Origin: Octopus sinensis
Lineage: Eukaryota
Direction of reading: 5' to 3'
DNA: 64,000 nt
Assembly: GCF_006345805.1 (NCBI RefSeq)
Contig: NC_043005.1
Span: 88,102,001-88,166,000, forward strand
Shown here: positions 1 to 14,294 of the stretch, one piece after another
Numbering within the stretch: the stretch's first letter is position 1
Layout: each line of letters begins with the position of its first letter
The notes under the pieces: generated by a model
Databases searched by the model: none
Told to the model about the DNA's origin: nothing
What the model saw: the letters and a program-made list of their open reading frames with translations, nothing else
Made by a program: the position numbers and the translations under genes

Positions 1-851
1 GAGTGTTTACTGTTATCATCGTTTTTATTTGATAATTTTTCAGCTTCAAAGTGTTTCGACTTCATTTGTAACATGTTTTTTTTTTTTTGCTTGTTTGCTT
101 GTTTTTGCATTTCTTTATATTATGTGTATCATAATTGTGTATGTGTGTGTGTATGCCTGCATGTATGAATGTCAGTATACATATGTATATATGTGTATAT
201 ATATATTATATATATATAATATATATATATATATTATATATATATATTATATATATATAGTCAAAAAGACATAGAGGAAAAGACAGAGATATGTATACAT
301 TATATATAATGCCTATATAGATATTCTACATGCATATAATGCGTGTGCATGTGTATATTCATATATATATATATAGGGACAGTTTTACGAAAAAACAAGA
401 CGAAGACAGGTGGTGTACAAAACAAACAGATGTATTAGCATATATATATATATATATATATGTATGTATATGTATATATATATATATTATATATATATAT
501 ATAATATATATATATAATAATATAATTTATATATATATATATATATAATAATATAATATAATAATAATAATATATATGTATGTATGTATATGTATGTATA
601 TGTATATATATATATGTATATATATATTGCAATCATCAATATATTAGCGTATTAATATGCATTCAAATACACAACTACCAGCAGAGTACATATACATAAA
701 TATGTTTACAAATTAATCTACTCCAAACGCATATATGCATGTTTGTGCACGCTCCTGCTCGTGCACTATACATGCATAAAATATGCATTAATATATAAAG
801 AATTAGGATGTATACATATACAGACAGACACATACATACATATATATACAT

Positions 852-943
<92 letters not shown>

Positions 944-1245
944 ATAATATACTTCTATACATGTACTCTGTGTGTATATTATCTTTGTAAATATATTAAT
1001 ACTTTGTACACGTTGGTATATATGTGTGCGTGTGTGCTTGTGTTCGTGTTTGTTTGTGCATCGTCCTCTACTCACGCACATGCACACTCACACCCTCGTG
1101 TCTGCATTCTCTTCTCCATTCCCTCACATCACTTTAGTCAGTAAACACTTCAACTATTTAAAATTATTGTTTTCCGAAACAGAATTTAATTTCTGCATTC
1201 GATTCTCTATGCCTACTTCTTCCTTCAACTGCTCCATTTCTCTCC

Positions 1246-1279
<34 letters not shown>

Positions 1280-1579
1280 ATGTGTGTGTGTGTTGTGTGT
1301 GAGTAGTTGTGCGCATGTGCGTGCACCTTTTTACACTTAATGTCGAAGTTGTCGTTGTTGTGCACTTGTTGATAGGAAAGGTCTTTTTCGTGTTCGAGAA
1401 GAAGAAGAAGAAGAAGAAGAGAGGAGGAGGAGGAGGAGGAGGAAAAGAAGGAGAAGAAAGAGAAGGAGAAGAAAGAAAAGGAGAAGGAAAGAAAGGAGGA
1501 GGAGGAGGGGAGGAGGTAAACGGTAGCAAAAGAAATCGGAAGAATTTCTTTCAAACGATTGCGGAAAAGAAAGCGGAAA

Positions 1580-1690
1580 AAGGCCACAGTCTATTGCCAA
1601 GGAAGCTTGAAAATTTGCAGAGGAACTTGGCATTAACCCTGAATTAAATGTAGACCTGAAACCACTAATATCACATTCTAAATGTTCCAA
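1580..1690 (+). mobile_element. Short Dong-type LINE internal fragment
   Basis: CACAGTCTATTGCCAAGGAAGCTTGAAAATTTGCA matches the reverse complement of ~9060-9115. Confidence 0.6.
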
Positions 1691-2142
1691 CGATAAAATT
1701 TAGCTGTTATTTCTTGCAATATTAATTATTATGCAGAAGTCTCCCTCGTCGGTTCATACATACGTTAATCTTGGCGCCATCTGATTTGATCTTTTTTTTT
1801 TTCGTTTCAATGCACTGTTAAAGGGGATCACATGGTAACTCTGGCTTCCGGCGTGCAGAAACTGGTTGCGTCTGATTCAAGCAAATTTCAATCTTCGTAG
1901 CATTTTAAATATTTATTTCGTGAAGTTTACGTAATTTGTATGAAAACCTACAAAGACAGGAGGTACAAAGAAAATTTCCAGTAGTTTTTAGACCTTATCA
2001 AGGGGGGACATTTATTAACTTCAAAGAAGCACAAAATTCGGATCTCATTCAAAGTAGAACCTTCTCACTTCAGTTCCCGTGTTGTAGCCTCCAAGCCACT
2101 TCGTGAAAGCCCAATGGAGGTCCTTCCAAGTAAAGATATCCA

Positions 2143-2370
2143 GGCGAGCTGGCAGAAACGTTAGTACACCGGGCGAAATGCGTAGCCGTATTTCGCCCGC
2201 CGCTACGTTCTGAGTTCAAATTCCGCCGAGGTCGACTTTGCCTTTCACCCTTTCGGGGTCGATGAATTAAGTACCAGTTACGCACTGGGGTCGATGTAAT
2301 CGACTTAATACCTTTGTCTGTCCTTGTTTGTCCTCTCTATGTTTAACCTCTTGTGGGTAATAAAGAAACA
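2143..2370 (+). mobile_element. tRNA-derived SINE family 1 (GGCGAGCTGGCAGAA head; CCTTTCATCCTTTCGGGGTCGAT core) with 10-bp TSD
   Basis: Box-A/B-like head (TGGCAGAA..., GAGTTCAAATTCC). AGATATCCAG is duplicated at 2134-2143 and 2370-2379. Many related copies occur in the window. Confidence 0.85.
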
Positions 2371-2530
2371 GATATCCAGAAGCCTTGTCACAGCCGCCTT
2401 CATTTTCAAAACAATTGCCTCTGTGGTTCTCTTCCAGCTTAGGGGCTTAGGGCCACAGGGATCAAGGTCTGGACTGTAGAAAGAGTGAAGATCAGTTTTG
2501 ATGGCGATTTATGCCAAGAAGTTGAGAATC

Positions 2531-2762
2531 TGTTTCTTTATTACCCACAAGGGGCTAAATACAGAGGGGACAAACAAGGACAGACAAATGCGTTAAGTCG
2601 ATTACATCTACCCCAGTGCGTAACTGGTACTTAATTTATCGACCCCGAAAGGATGAAAGGCAAAGTCGACCACGGCGGAATTTGAACTCAGAACGTAACG
2701 GCAGACGAAATACTGCTAAGCATTTCGCCCGGCGTGCTGACGCTTCTGCCAGCTCGCCGCCT
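2531..2762 (-). mobile_element. SINE family 1 copy, inverted relative to the 2143 copy
   Basis: Reverse complement of the same consensus. Confidence 0.85.
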
Positions 2763-3561
2763 TCATACCAGCTCGCCGCCTTCCTAGAAGACACTTGCTC
2801 AAGGTACTACACAGGGGAACTGAACCCAGAACCATGTGGTTGGGAAGCAAGCTTCTTACCACACAGCCATGTCTGTGCCTATATCGGAAATGGAACTCAG
2901 AACGTAATAAATGCCGCTTAGCATTTTGCCCGGCGTGCTAACTATTCTGCCAGCTCACTGAAGTTGAGTATCAGTATGCTCTTCACTGAGAACCCCGGAA
3001 CAAACTTACATAAATTTTGTGACTGTCCAGATCTTCATGAATACTTTTGTGTACAGTTGCTACGCCAACTTCAAACTGTATCTTTATTGTCTTTATAGAT
3101 ACACAACAGCCTTCATCCAGATAATTGCGAATTTTCTCAACATTGCTCTCATCTTCCCACGTCCCACTCCCTCCCACTCCTCCTATCGTCTCTCACCTCC
3201 TCTCCACCAAACTTGAATTTCTTGTATAATTGAAAAACAAGTTAAACCATCAGAATTCAGGAGCATTTCATGAGTTTCTGTCACGTTTTTCCCAGTGGGA
3301 TACAAAACTTCATTATCGAATATCAAGCTTCCAAACGTCCCGGCTACATTTTGCAAACTCGTCACCAGTGACAAGCAGTTTTTTATAAGATCTGCTTCAA
3401 AGAGCTGTTATAGTTGTCTCCTTCGATCTGGAATAAGAAAAGTTAGCAGGTCAGCTTAATAGATCTGTTGACAGTTATGGTTGCCTCTCATAAAAAAATG
3501 CTCAAAAATTCTGCAATCCACCTCGTGTATGTGTGTGTGTGCGAGAGTGTACATTTATACG

Positions 3562-3595
<34 letters not shown>

Positions 3596-3753
3596 TGTAT
3601 GTATGTATGTATGTATGCATGTATGTATATGGATGGATGGATGGATACGATGATGATGTGTGACTGCATGCTAATTTTATGCTAAGATTTTAGTTACTTC
3701 AACGTCATTTTATGACATTTTAATTGACATGACCAACAGATTTATTTGTGTAC

Positions 3754-3784
<31 letters not shown>

Positions 3785-3974
3785 GTGTGTGTGTGTAGTG
3801 AGAGAGAGATACATATTAACACACACATGCACACATAATTACACACACAAATGCAAGGCACGCACACACACACTAACACACACACCCAAACGCACACACA
3901 CAACACACACACATGCACATACACATTCACACCTATACACAAGTACACACGCATACATACATACGTAAATCCAT

Positions 3975-4052
<78 letters not shown>

Positions 4053-4434
4053 TATATTATATATATTATATATTCCACACAACACTTCTTAAACAAAGCT
4101 GTGTAGATAGATAGAAATATATACATACACATGAACATTACCTATACATACACATACACACACGCACACACACTCACACACACACACACACATACACATA
4201 TATTATTTACATACATATATAATATATACATATATAAGAGACAGCAAACCCAACATAAAGTCAGATAAGAGGAAAAAACTTTTGATAAGCATAACAAATG
4301 CGCAACCGGTAAAAAGAACTTTCACCTAATTAAATTACTTAAATTACTTAAATTACTTAAATTATTTTGTCAGTATTTTCTTCATTTCCTTTTTTTATAT
4401 ATCACAACTCGTGTTCCACATCTCCTTTTTTAAA

Positions 4435-4518
<84 letters not shown>

Positions 4519-5799
4519 GAGAGAGAAAGAATCTTGCATACATACCATTCTGCCTAAAAAATGGATCTACAACTTCAATATCCCTACATATTTCACATCT
4601 ATTTTCTTTCCTCCATCTCACTCTCTATTTTGTATCCTATCTAAATTAACCATTACTTAACCATCCTCTCACACCATCTCCGATGAAGGGATACAATTAA
4701 TAAATATCATGGAAACATCTGTAAGACCTTCTATCTATAAACGTTCTAATATCTACACAGCCTTGTTTTTTTATCTCATTCCGCAAAAAATTCTTATATA
4801 TATATGTCCCTACTTTCGAAACGCGGAGTATATAAAACAGGGGACAACTGATGAAGGGAATGTTCTTTATGTTGTCTGTCTCGTTTCTTTGTTTCTTTCG
4901 TTATTCGACAAAAAAATTCGTATTCTATATCTTTGTTTTTTTATGTTCTCGTTTCTCGTTTTGTCTACGTTTTTTTTTATGTCCTGTACCCATATATGCA
5001 TGTATATATACATATAGATGTAGGTATGCACATATATGTATGTATATATGCAGATATTTATATTCTATTTACACACACACACGTGTGTGTGTGTGTGTGT
5101 ACACATAATAGATCTCCACGTACACATGTACATACATAGATATATGTATTATATAGACAGACATATACATATATTCATATATATATGTTTATATACATAT
5201 GTGTGCGTGTATATATATATACATTCATATATATATATAATCTACATATCTATGTACTTTGGGTGTTATTAAAATTTTCGCCAGTGCTATAAAGAGTTTG
5301 CAAATATTCAATAAACCTAAGTGAATTTGATTGATAGCTAATTCTAGTGAGATTATGAAATATTAAGAGACGTTCTCTTGCAAGAAAAACACTGGCAAAC
5401 AACATTTCCACTCATTTAGATTCCGTTTAGATTTCTTACACGCCGAGTTATATGAATATATATTATATATATATTGTATATGTGTGTGTGTGCAAGTATA
5501 CATATATATATGCATATAAACATATAAATATGTATATATAAATATAATATATATATATATATATACAAACATACATATATACTTATATATACACGCATAT
5601 ATACTTATATATATGTATATATGCACATACATATATGCACTTATATATATATATGTATGTATGTATGCACTTATATATATATATATATATATGCACTAAT
5701 ATATACTCAAATATACACATACATATATATGTATATATATTTATACACATATAATCGTGTATTTATATATGTAGAGGTACATATATACGTATGTATATT

Positions 5800-5838
<39 letters not shown>

Positions 5839-5841
5839 TTT

Positions 5842-5877
<36 letters not shown>

Positions 5878-6637
5878 GTATGTATGTATTTATGTATGTA
5901 TGTATGTATATATATACTTTCATATATATACATATATGTATGCATATTTGCACACGTCTATAAGTGTATAAATATCCATGTGTGCGTACATATACGTTAA
6001 TATATTTATAATACGCATGTATATATGTAAATATGTATACATACATACATATGCGTGTATGTATTTACATGGACACACACGCATATGTATACACATATAT
6101 GTATGCATGTATGTCTATATACGCATGTTTGTATGTATGTATGTATATGTATGTATGTATGTATGTATGTGTGTATGTATGTATGTATGCATGTATGTAT
6201 GTATGCATGTATGTATGTGTGTGTGTGTGTGTGTGTATACGTATGTATGTATATTCAGTTACTATCAGACTCGATTTTCATTTCCCTTGCCGCCAGAGTT
6301 AAATGACTTGCCAGTTGTTAACCTTGCCAAACACACACCTACGCATGTGCACACGCAAGCGCATCGTTCATCTCCCTTAAGGGCCGGAAAGAATTTTCTC
6401 TTTTTATTTTTTCTATTTACTGTTCCAATCACTTTATCCTGCAACTTCATTCTATTCTCAAATATTTTTGCCGAGGTTAATCTCCTCTAAACTTTATTGC
6501 ATGGTGCTTTTGTTCATTATTTTCTTTTCTCGTCATTTTACCCTCAAATTTGTTTCCATTCTAACGGGATTTTGTTATTACATGTATGTATGTTCATGGA
6601 ACAACAATTTATTATTCATTATTATTATTATTATCAT

Positions 6638-7194
6638 TGAGTGAGAGAGCAGTTCATGCCATCAAAGTGACACTGGGGTAAAATATACGAAGCCCTGTAT
6701 CCCCATCATAACTACCTGTCTGATAAGAGTACACTAGGCACATGCATCACAATAACATGTGAGCGACATGGTGATCTCATATCAAGATAAACAGCACATG
6801 ACCTTGCAGATGGGGACCAGTTAGAATTTTCTTCTGGTTGAGTAATCCATCCCGCTAAAAATGTCCCTGAATAAGGATTTTTAAGGATGTTGAACGAAAC
6901 ACCCATGTTTCCAGAGGTGAATTATTCACACCCCAAAGAACCCCTCTCAACACATGGCTATTTTGCTCCCCCACTACTTCTGCTCGTGGTCAGAGATGCA
7001 CATATCGTCAGCCACTAAGGGACATGCTCAACTGGTTAAGGTCAAACAACTGACAAGCAAATCTGTGGTATTGAGCAGAATATTTGCTGTAGCCCATCTT
7101 TTATACCAAGACAAATCAATGTACATGATAACACTTCCAATCAATTAAGATCAGAAGCCACGAGAGTCACTGCCTGGTACTGCATCAGGGCATT
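6638..7194 (-). mobile_element. ~555-bp non-coding element embedded in (TTA)n, copy 1
   Basis: Highly similar to 7419-7972, 44711-45191, 55458-56013 and the inverted copy at 14390-14843. Both ends abut TTA repeats. No recognisable coding content. Strand is inferred from truncation pattern and LINE polarity. Confidence 0.8.
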
Positions 7195-7418
7195 TATTAT
7201 TATTATTATTATTATTGTTATTGTTATTGCTATTGTTGTTGTTGTTGTTGTTGTTGTGGTTGTTGTTGTTGCTGTTGCTGCTGCTGTTGTTGTTGTTGTT
7301 GTTGTTGTTGTTGTCGTCGTCGTTGTCGTTATTGTTATTGTTATTATATTATTATTATTATTATATTATTATTATTATTATTAGCAGCAGCAGCAGCATC
7401 ATCATCATTTAGTGAATA

Positions 7419-7972
7419 AGTGAGAGAACAGCGCCTGCCATCAAAGTGACATTGGGGTATAAATTTACGAAATCCAATATGCCCATCATGACTACCCGTC
7501 TGATAACGGTACACCAAGCACATGCATCACAACCATAAGTGGGTGAAATGGTGACCTTAAATCAAAATAAACATTGCATTATCTTCCAGGTTGGACCCAG
7601 TTAGAATTTTCTTCAAGTCGAATAGCCCATCCCACTCAAAAGGTCCCTGAATAAGGGTTGTTTAAGGATGATGAACGAAGCACCCATGTCTCCAGAGATT
7701 AATTATTCAGACCCCAAAGAATTCTTTCCAACACATGGTTAGGACACTTCCCCTCCACTCCTGCTCATGATCAGAGATGCACCTATTGTCAAGCACTAAG
7801 GGACATGCTCAACTGGTTAAGGTCAAGCAACTGACAAGGAAATCTACGGTATGGAAGAGAACATTTGATGTAGCCTAGCTTTTACATCAAAACAAAACGT
7901 GTACATATTAACACTTCCAATCACTTAAAATCAGAAGCCATGAGAGCCACTGCCTAGTACTGCATGAGGGCT
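7419..7972 (-). mobile_element. ~555-bp element, copy 2 (more diverged)
   Basis: Colinear with copy 1 and separated from it by TTA/TTG triplet repeats. Confidence 0.8.
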
Positions 7973-8069
7973 TTGATATTACCCAATATTTTTGCTCGTT
8001 ATCAGAGATGCACATATCATCAACCTCTATAAGATATGCTCTATTGTTGTTGTTGCTGCTCTTGTTTAT

Positions 8070-10277
8070 TTTTAATCTGCACTTTTGATACAATCACTTG
8101 CCGAGACACACCCAGCGTCTTAGGGAGAGTGAAGGATAAGAGATATTACAGTATCACTGAAAGCTTGGGGAGGGGAAGTGACATGGGCAGTAGGGAAATA
8201 TTATCATGTAATACAACAGACATTTAAATTGATAGGGATTTTCTAAGGATGTGGGCCGTACTCTCTGAGATATGGTTCTCCTGGGATGTAATCTAAATGT
8301 TTCTGAATCCCTTTTTTATCATACTTAGAGGAGCAACAATAACAGGAACAGTTCTTGGTTTAAGATGCCACATCTTTTGTATTTCAATTTCCAGGTCCTT
8401 ATATTTACTTAATTTGTCAAATTCCTTTGCAGATATATCTTTATCAAGTGGGGACACTTACATCTATTAGCCTACAAGTATTTTCTTTGTCTTTAATGAC
8501 TATGTCTGGTTGACTAGCCTGGATCGTTCTGTTAGTGTTGACTGGAAAATCCCAGAGGGTAGTGATATTTTTACCTTCAACGACTGGCTCAGGATGCTGT
8601 TCATACCAGTAAGCAGGAATGCCGATTTTGTGATGTTTACATATATTCCAATGTAAATACCGTCCTACCCTATCGTGAAGATTTTTATATTCGTTTTGGT
8701 GTCAGCACAGGACATACCGAAAGGAGATGGTCTATTGTTTCGTCAAATTTATTGCAGAATAGGCATTTATAGTCAGAACCGCTTTGAAGAACGTTAGCCT
8801 GGTAATTTCTGGTAAGCAAGCTTTGATCTTGTACCACCAATATGAAACCCCTCAGACTGCTTTCAGTCCTGAACTTCTCAGCCACTGATGGGTTGTTCCT
8901 TGATCTACATCAGCATTTCAACCTCGAAGTATATACTGTCCATGCTGAGGCTTCTGGTTCCTCCGCTCCCCAATTTGTTTCTGCCCGTTCTTTTTTGCAG
9001 TCTGCTTGATCCATTTTGCTTGTTTGTGACAGTGGTTTCAAGATCTTCAAATATTTCAGGATTAATGCCAAACTCCCTTGCAAATTTTCAAGCTTCCTTG
9101 ACAATAGACTGTGATTTGTTGCTGCTTTCATATTTGTACACAAGCCGCAGCATCCAGTCCTCTGTACTGGATAAGTACCTGTTCATTGCTATTGTAGAGG
9201 TCTTATAGCACAGTTCTACCTGCTTCATTCCTCTTCCCTCATTACTTCTAGGTAGGTACAGGCGGTGTTAGTAGTTTTCTTATCTTCCTGTCCAGGCATT
9301 GGAGCTCTGTAAGATTCCAGTTAATGATGTTAAAACTATATTGGATTGCTGGAAGTACCGGGGTGTTAATGACTTCGATGTAATTTTTATAGTGTTCAGT
9401 TCAGTTTTAAGTATAAGTCTAATTCTCTTGTAATACTTCTTTCTTATTTTTTTCCTTCGTAACAGTGTGTTGTATACCATCTCCTTCATTTATCCCCAGG
9501 TATTTGTAATTTTCTTGTGGGTCAAGCTCCATGATGGTAGCGTCGATATCTAATTTAATGGAAGCTGTTTGCTTGAGCTTGCTTCTTACAAAAGTTGCTT
9601 TAGCACACTCATCAAGGCCAAAGTCCATCCCGATGTCATTGCTGGATTCTTTAACGGTTGTTAACAGCCCTGGTAACTCTTCGTCGTTTCTAACAAACAG
9701 CTTCAGATCGTCCAAATGAAGCAGATGGTTTATTGTCGTATTGTAAACTTTCAACCCATACCTGGTGTTATTCAGTTCTTTTGAGAGTGGGATAAGTGCC
9801 ATGCAAAAGAGTAATGGGGAGGGATAGTCACCTTGAAATATGCCACCTCGTTTGGTGTTAATGTTGTTGGATTGACTCATCCCCTTACTATGGTTTAGGA
9901 GGAGACGTGTATTCCACTTGGCCATGCTACCTTGTAAGAATTTAGAGACGACAGGAGAGATCTTATGGCCTTGAGTAGCCAATTATGAGGGACTCTATCA
10001 AACACTTTCTTGCAGTCTCTCTATGCCATACTCAGGTTCTTTTTGCTCCGGCATTTCTCTACAATCATTTTATTTATGAGTAATTGTTCTTTGCATCCAT
10101 AAGAATTTCTTTTAGAACCTTTTTGAGATTGTGGAATGATAGAGTTCTGCTCAAGGAAAGTGTATCTTTTTTCAGTTAGTATGGATGTGAGGCTCTTGTA
10201 GGTGGTGTTGTGACATGTTATTGATCGGTAGTTTTTCGGATGTTTTTGTGTATTCAGCTTTTGGTAGAAGGTATGTT
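8070..10277 (-). mobile_element. 5'-truncated, decayed R4/Dong-type non-LTR retrotransposon (subfamily C)
   Basis: KNYRSITC, GGIFQGDYPSPLLFC, HLDDLKLF and YKYLGI (RT), then QDQSLLTRNYQ, CLFC...HLLSVC (CCHC) and an RLE tail, with many frameshifts. Right end abuts (TTA)n. Confidence 0.88.
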
Positions 10278-10290
10278 ATTATTATTATTA

Positions 10291-10330
<40 letters not shown>

Positions 10331-10344
10331 CATCATCATCATTG

Positions 10345-10820
10345 CCTTTGCACAGCTTCTAACGCTGGAGATATACCACAGTGTCAGCTATTCACTACCA
10401 GTGAACTAGGGTAGCACCCTAACCCTAATCCTAAAACCTTCCGGAGTATTCGAGCGGTTCAAAGCAGTGCTGTTTTCTGCAAGTGCTTCACCCTTATTGC
10501 AGCCCCTATTTCTTCCATATACTTCTCGAGATTTTTGCTCACTGTTCCCTGGGCTTCAACAATTATTGGTACTACTACCATCTTTTTCATCGACAACGAC
10601 TGCTTAACTTCCCTTCATTCTTTCAGGGATTTTGATATCTAGCCATCTGGTTATTGGATACCTTCCCCGCTAACTACCAGTCCCTTTTTCATGACTAATA
10701 TTGCACGTTTATTTATGTCAAATTTCATACCTATATCTTTGCTGAAGAGTTTTACAATTTGTATTAAGGAATCACTTTTTTATTCTTGCTAAAAGACTTC
10801 AGACCATCCACGTAGAGCAA
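10345..10820 (-). mobile_element. Internally deleted Dong-type LINE fragment (subfamily E)
   Basis: LQKTALL*TARILRKV C-terminus and a YVDGLKSF RT remnant. The same 3' UTR recurs at ~31925-32000. Confidence 0.65.
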
Positions 10821-11235
10821 GAGTTTGGTCGGCCCGATGTTGTAGCAGAAGATACTTGCACAAGGTTTCCATTAGTTGCACTGAATCCAGAACCACGTGG
10901 CTGGGAAGCAAGCTTCTTAGCCCACAGCCACGTCTATGTCTATTTGTTTATATTGTTCCAAGAAAATGTAATCATCAACATTTTAATTACTTCGTTTTAA
11001 GAGTTATGAATTGGCTGAATCATTACATCGATGGACAAAATGTAGAGTGTTCTTTAGATTCTGAGTTCAAATCCCACTAATGTCAACCTTTTTCATTTAT
11101 CCCTCGGAGCACGATAAAATAAAGTATTAGGTTGATTATATCGACTAATTTTTTAGATTGCTGGCCTCGTGCCTAAATTAGAAGCTGTTATGGGCACAGG
11201 GTTGTAGAATCAATAGATCGCCGGATAACATGCCT

Positions 11236-11690
11236 GGCGGCGAGCTGGCAGAATCGTTAGCACACTCGGTGAAATGCTTAGCGGTATTTCGTCTGCCGTT
11301 ACATTCTGAGTTCAAATTCCGCTGAGGTCGACTTTGCCGTTCATCCTTTCGGGGTCGATTAAATAAGTACCAGTTACGCACTGGGGTCGATGTAATCGAA
11401 TTAATCCGTTTCTCTGTCCTTGTTTGTCCTCCTTGTGTTTTGCCCCTTGTAGGTACTAAAGAAATAGGTATTTTGTCTGCCGCTGCATTCTAAGTTCTAA
11501 GTTGCGGCATTTTGTCCGTCTTTAAAGTTCTGAGTTCAAACACCAACGAGGTTCACTTTGCCTTTCATCCTTTCGGGGTCGATTAAATAAGTACCAGTTA
11601 CGCACTGGGGTCGATATAATCGACTTAATCCGTTTGTCTGTCCTTATTTGTCCTCTCTGTGTTTAGTCCCATGTGGGTAGTTAAGAAATA
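11236..11690 (+). mobile_element. Two tandem SINE family 1 copies
   Basis: Same head and core at ~11236-11468 and ~11505-11690. Confidence 0.8.
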
Positions 11691-12199
11691 AGCATTTTAT
11701 CCGTCGAGTTCTAATTCCTCCGCCATCGACTTTGCCTTTTATCACTGTGAAGTCGATAAGATACGGTACTAGTGAAGTACTCGGGTATCGCTGACCATTT
11801 CCCCACAAGATTGCTTTCATTGAGCCAAAATTCGAAATAATGAGAAGAAAGTCAGACAAACAGACAGACATGAGTTTGTGATGCAAACAGGAAAACATGA
11901 AAGTATTAGTCTCATAGTATATATTCTATAACTTCTAACTGATAAAGAACCCAGCCAGAATCATCATCTAAAAAACATCTAAACATCTAAAAAAAAAAGC
12001 CTGTCTGTTATCTCCCTCACCATCCTCAGAGATAAAGCCTTTTTCTGTTTTGTCCACTGAGACCACGGTTTTTTTAGATATTTCTTTGCCATGAAGAAGA
12101 AAGATATGTTTGGAAATAATTATCATCCTATTCTGTTGTCCCTGTTAATAGTTTTTAGTTCGAGATCGCGTCTTTGTTCGTCAGCAGATTTTTAACAGT

Positions 12200-13005
12200 T
12201 TGGGGTTAGTCCGATAAGAAAACGTGTTCTAACCTCTGGCCTGATGAGTGGTGGGAAAACTTTGCGAACAGTGCTATAGTTCTCAGCAAACATTAAAAGC
12301 CATTTAAGCACCAAGCTTACAAATAAAAATCCGAAATTTTTCAAAAGGTTACTGGAGCAACAAGCCAAACAAGCGAACCATTTTGAGATTTCAACCAAAA
12401 ATAAATAAGTAAATGAATAAATCGAAGAATAAAAATATCGTCGAATGAAGTTCAAAATTGCTTGTGATCGACAGAGAGAAATCACCGCTAAGCAAATGGA
12501 AAGCAGCACACGCGAGATGACTCACTTATTTTAGCAGCGTGTTAGCGGTTTGTTTGAATAATGTTTAGTAATGAAGTTGAACAAGGAATTGGCAAAATTC
12601 CGCTCTTCGCTAATACAGTCCGAAGGAGAATAATTGAAATGTCTTCCAGCATCAAGGAGCATGTTTCTAGTGGACTTGTAAAGCAAAATTTGATTTTGCT
12701 TTACAAGTTGACTATTCAACCAATATCAAGCGAAAAGCATAACTTTTAGCATTCGTTCGTTTCAATGAAGGAACTAGAATTATAAACCAATTTTTAAGCT
12801 GCAGAGAGCTGCGAGTATAAATCCGAAGTAAATTATATATTTGCTGGTCTTTACTGTATTTTTGGAACAGAATAGGTAGGACTGCCATAAAGGTTACCGC
12901 TTGTACAGTTGGTACAGTGTCTATTGTAATAAACACCATCAAGAGTTCGATTCCACGATAAAACAACTGAATCACAAAATTCCTTCAATTCGTTGCTTTT
13001 CTGTT
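12200..13005 (+). mobile_element. Decayed hAT (Charlie/Buster, ZBED5/SCAND3-like) transposase
   Basis: Fragments LKSHLSTK..NKNPKFFKRLL, KIPLFANTVRRRIIEMS and FALQVDYST..LLAFVRF..IINQFLSC match the IPLS.NTV.RRI / FALQLDES / LL.FVRF pattern. Confidence 0.8.
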
Positions 13006-13031
13006 TGAATTTTTATGATTCAGCTAATATT

Positions 13032-13308
13032 TACATTATTTACATTATTTATATTTGACGGATTTTTGTCCTCATCTTGTTTGTTGTTAACACAACGTTT
13101 CGGTTGATATACCATCTAGCCTTCATCATGTGTCTTGAAGAAATTTCGAATCTTGGTTCTCATTCCTAAGGTATTTTTCGATGTTTTTGTTATTATTATT
13201 ATTATTATTATTCATGTCACTGCCTGGAATCGAACTCGGATTCTTGGGGTTAGTAGCCCGCGCTCTTAACCACTACGCCATATGCCCGTTGGCAATAATG
13301 AAGTGAAT
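13032..13308 (-). mobile_element. tRNA-headed SINE carrying a hammerhead-like motif
   Basis: Minus strand: GGCATATGGCGTAGTGGTTAAG...GAGTTCGATTCC head, body with a hammerhead motif at 13089-13134, and an (AATAATGTA)n tail. AGCTAATATT is duplicated at 13022-13031 and 13309-13318 (TSD). Confidence 0.75.
13089..13134 (-). ncRNA. Minimal hammerhead motif inside a SINE (C3A variant)
   Basis: Minus strand GACAC-ATGATGA-A-GGCTAGATGGTATATCAACC-GAAA-CG-TT-GTGTT. Confidence 0.55.
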
Positions 13309-13954
13309 AGCTAATATTGGTTTCAAATTTCGGCACAAGGCCAGAAATTTCGAGGGAGTGGGTAAGTCGATTACATCGACCCCAGTGCGTAACTGATACT
13401 TATTTTATCGACTCCCGAAAGAATGAAAGGCACAGTCGATCTCGGCGGAATCTGAACTCAGAACGCAAAGACAGATGAAATACCATTATTTCTAGCATTT
13501 TGTGGAAGCTGTGTTAGTGACACATTAAATTAAAAATCGAGTTTATAAACGGAAAAAACCCCTTAAGCTGCTGTTTAGGAGTTGAAAGATGAATTGAAAG
13601 TATTTTAGGGTTTTTTCCTATCCAATCCAAAAGGCAGAAGCGATTTAATTATCATCTCAGCAGTAAACGTGATTGTGCCAAACTGGTTTACCGGAGAGAA
13701 ATATTTTCGTTTATATATGTGTGAGTATGTGTATGTATATGTATGGGTGTGCGTGCGTATGTGCACGTGTGTGTGTATGGATGTGTGCCTGTGAGAGAGA
13801 GAGAGAGAGAGAGAGAGACTACTTGTGTGTCTGTGTTGGACAGAAACTTATTAAGTATTTGTGAATATAAATATGCAAGGCAAAAATGGAAATGATTTTA
13901 ATGCTGAATTCGGAATAATGGAATTTGAGAATAATAATAATAATAATAATAATA

Positions 13955-14015
<61 letters not shown>

Positions 14016-14263
14016 CCTTTCTACTAAAGGTATAGGGCTTGACATTTGTGGGGAGCTTGGTGCTTAAATGGCTTTTAATGTTTGCTGAGAACTATAGTCA
14101 TTTACATCGACCCCGGTATTTCACTGGTACTTTAATTTATCAACCACGGAAGAATGAAAGGTAAAGTTTACCTCGGCGGAATTTGAAATCAGAACGTAAA
14201 CACAGACGAAATATCGCTAAGCATTTTGCCCTGTGTGCTAACGATTCTGCCAGCGCGCCACCT

Positions 14264-14264
<1 letters not shown>

Positions 14265-14294
<30 letters not shown>

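Larger units (their letters stand above)
2040..3420 (-). mobile_element. Decayed mariner transposase, interrupted by SINEs
   Basis: Minus-strand fragments GKNVTETHEMLL, EDESNVEKIRNYLDEG...VGVATVHKSIHEDL (HTH region) and HSFYSPDLDPC (YSPDLAP motif, ~2450-2490). Confidence 0.75.

Noticed and set aside
4805-4880. CGAAACGCG followed by GACAA-CTGATGA-AGGGAA...TTGTC as a hammerhead
   Set aside because: Core pieces are present, but no GAAA follows stem II and the permuted (type II) fold does not pair convincingly; at best a rearranged remnant.
12240-12265. CTGATGA...GAAA at 12241 (also CTGATGA at ~33074 and ~56163)
   Set aside because: No stem II or stem I pairing; the 12241 hit lies inside hAT transposase coding sequence.
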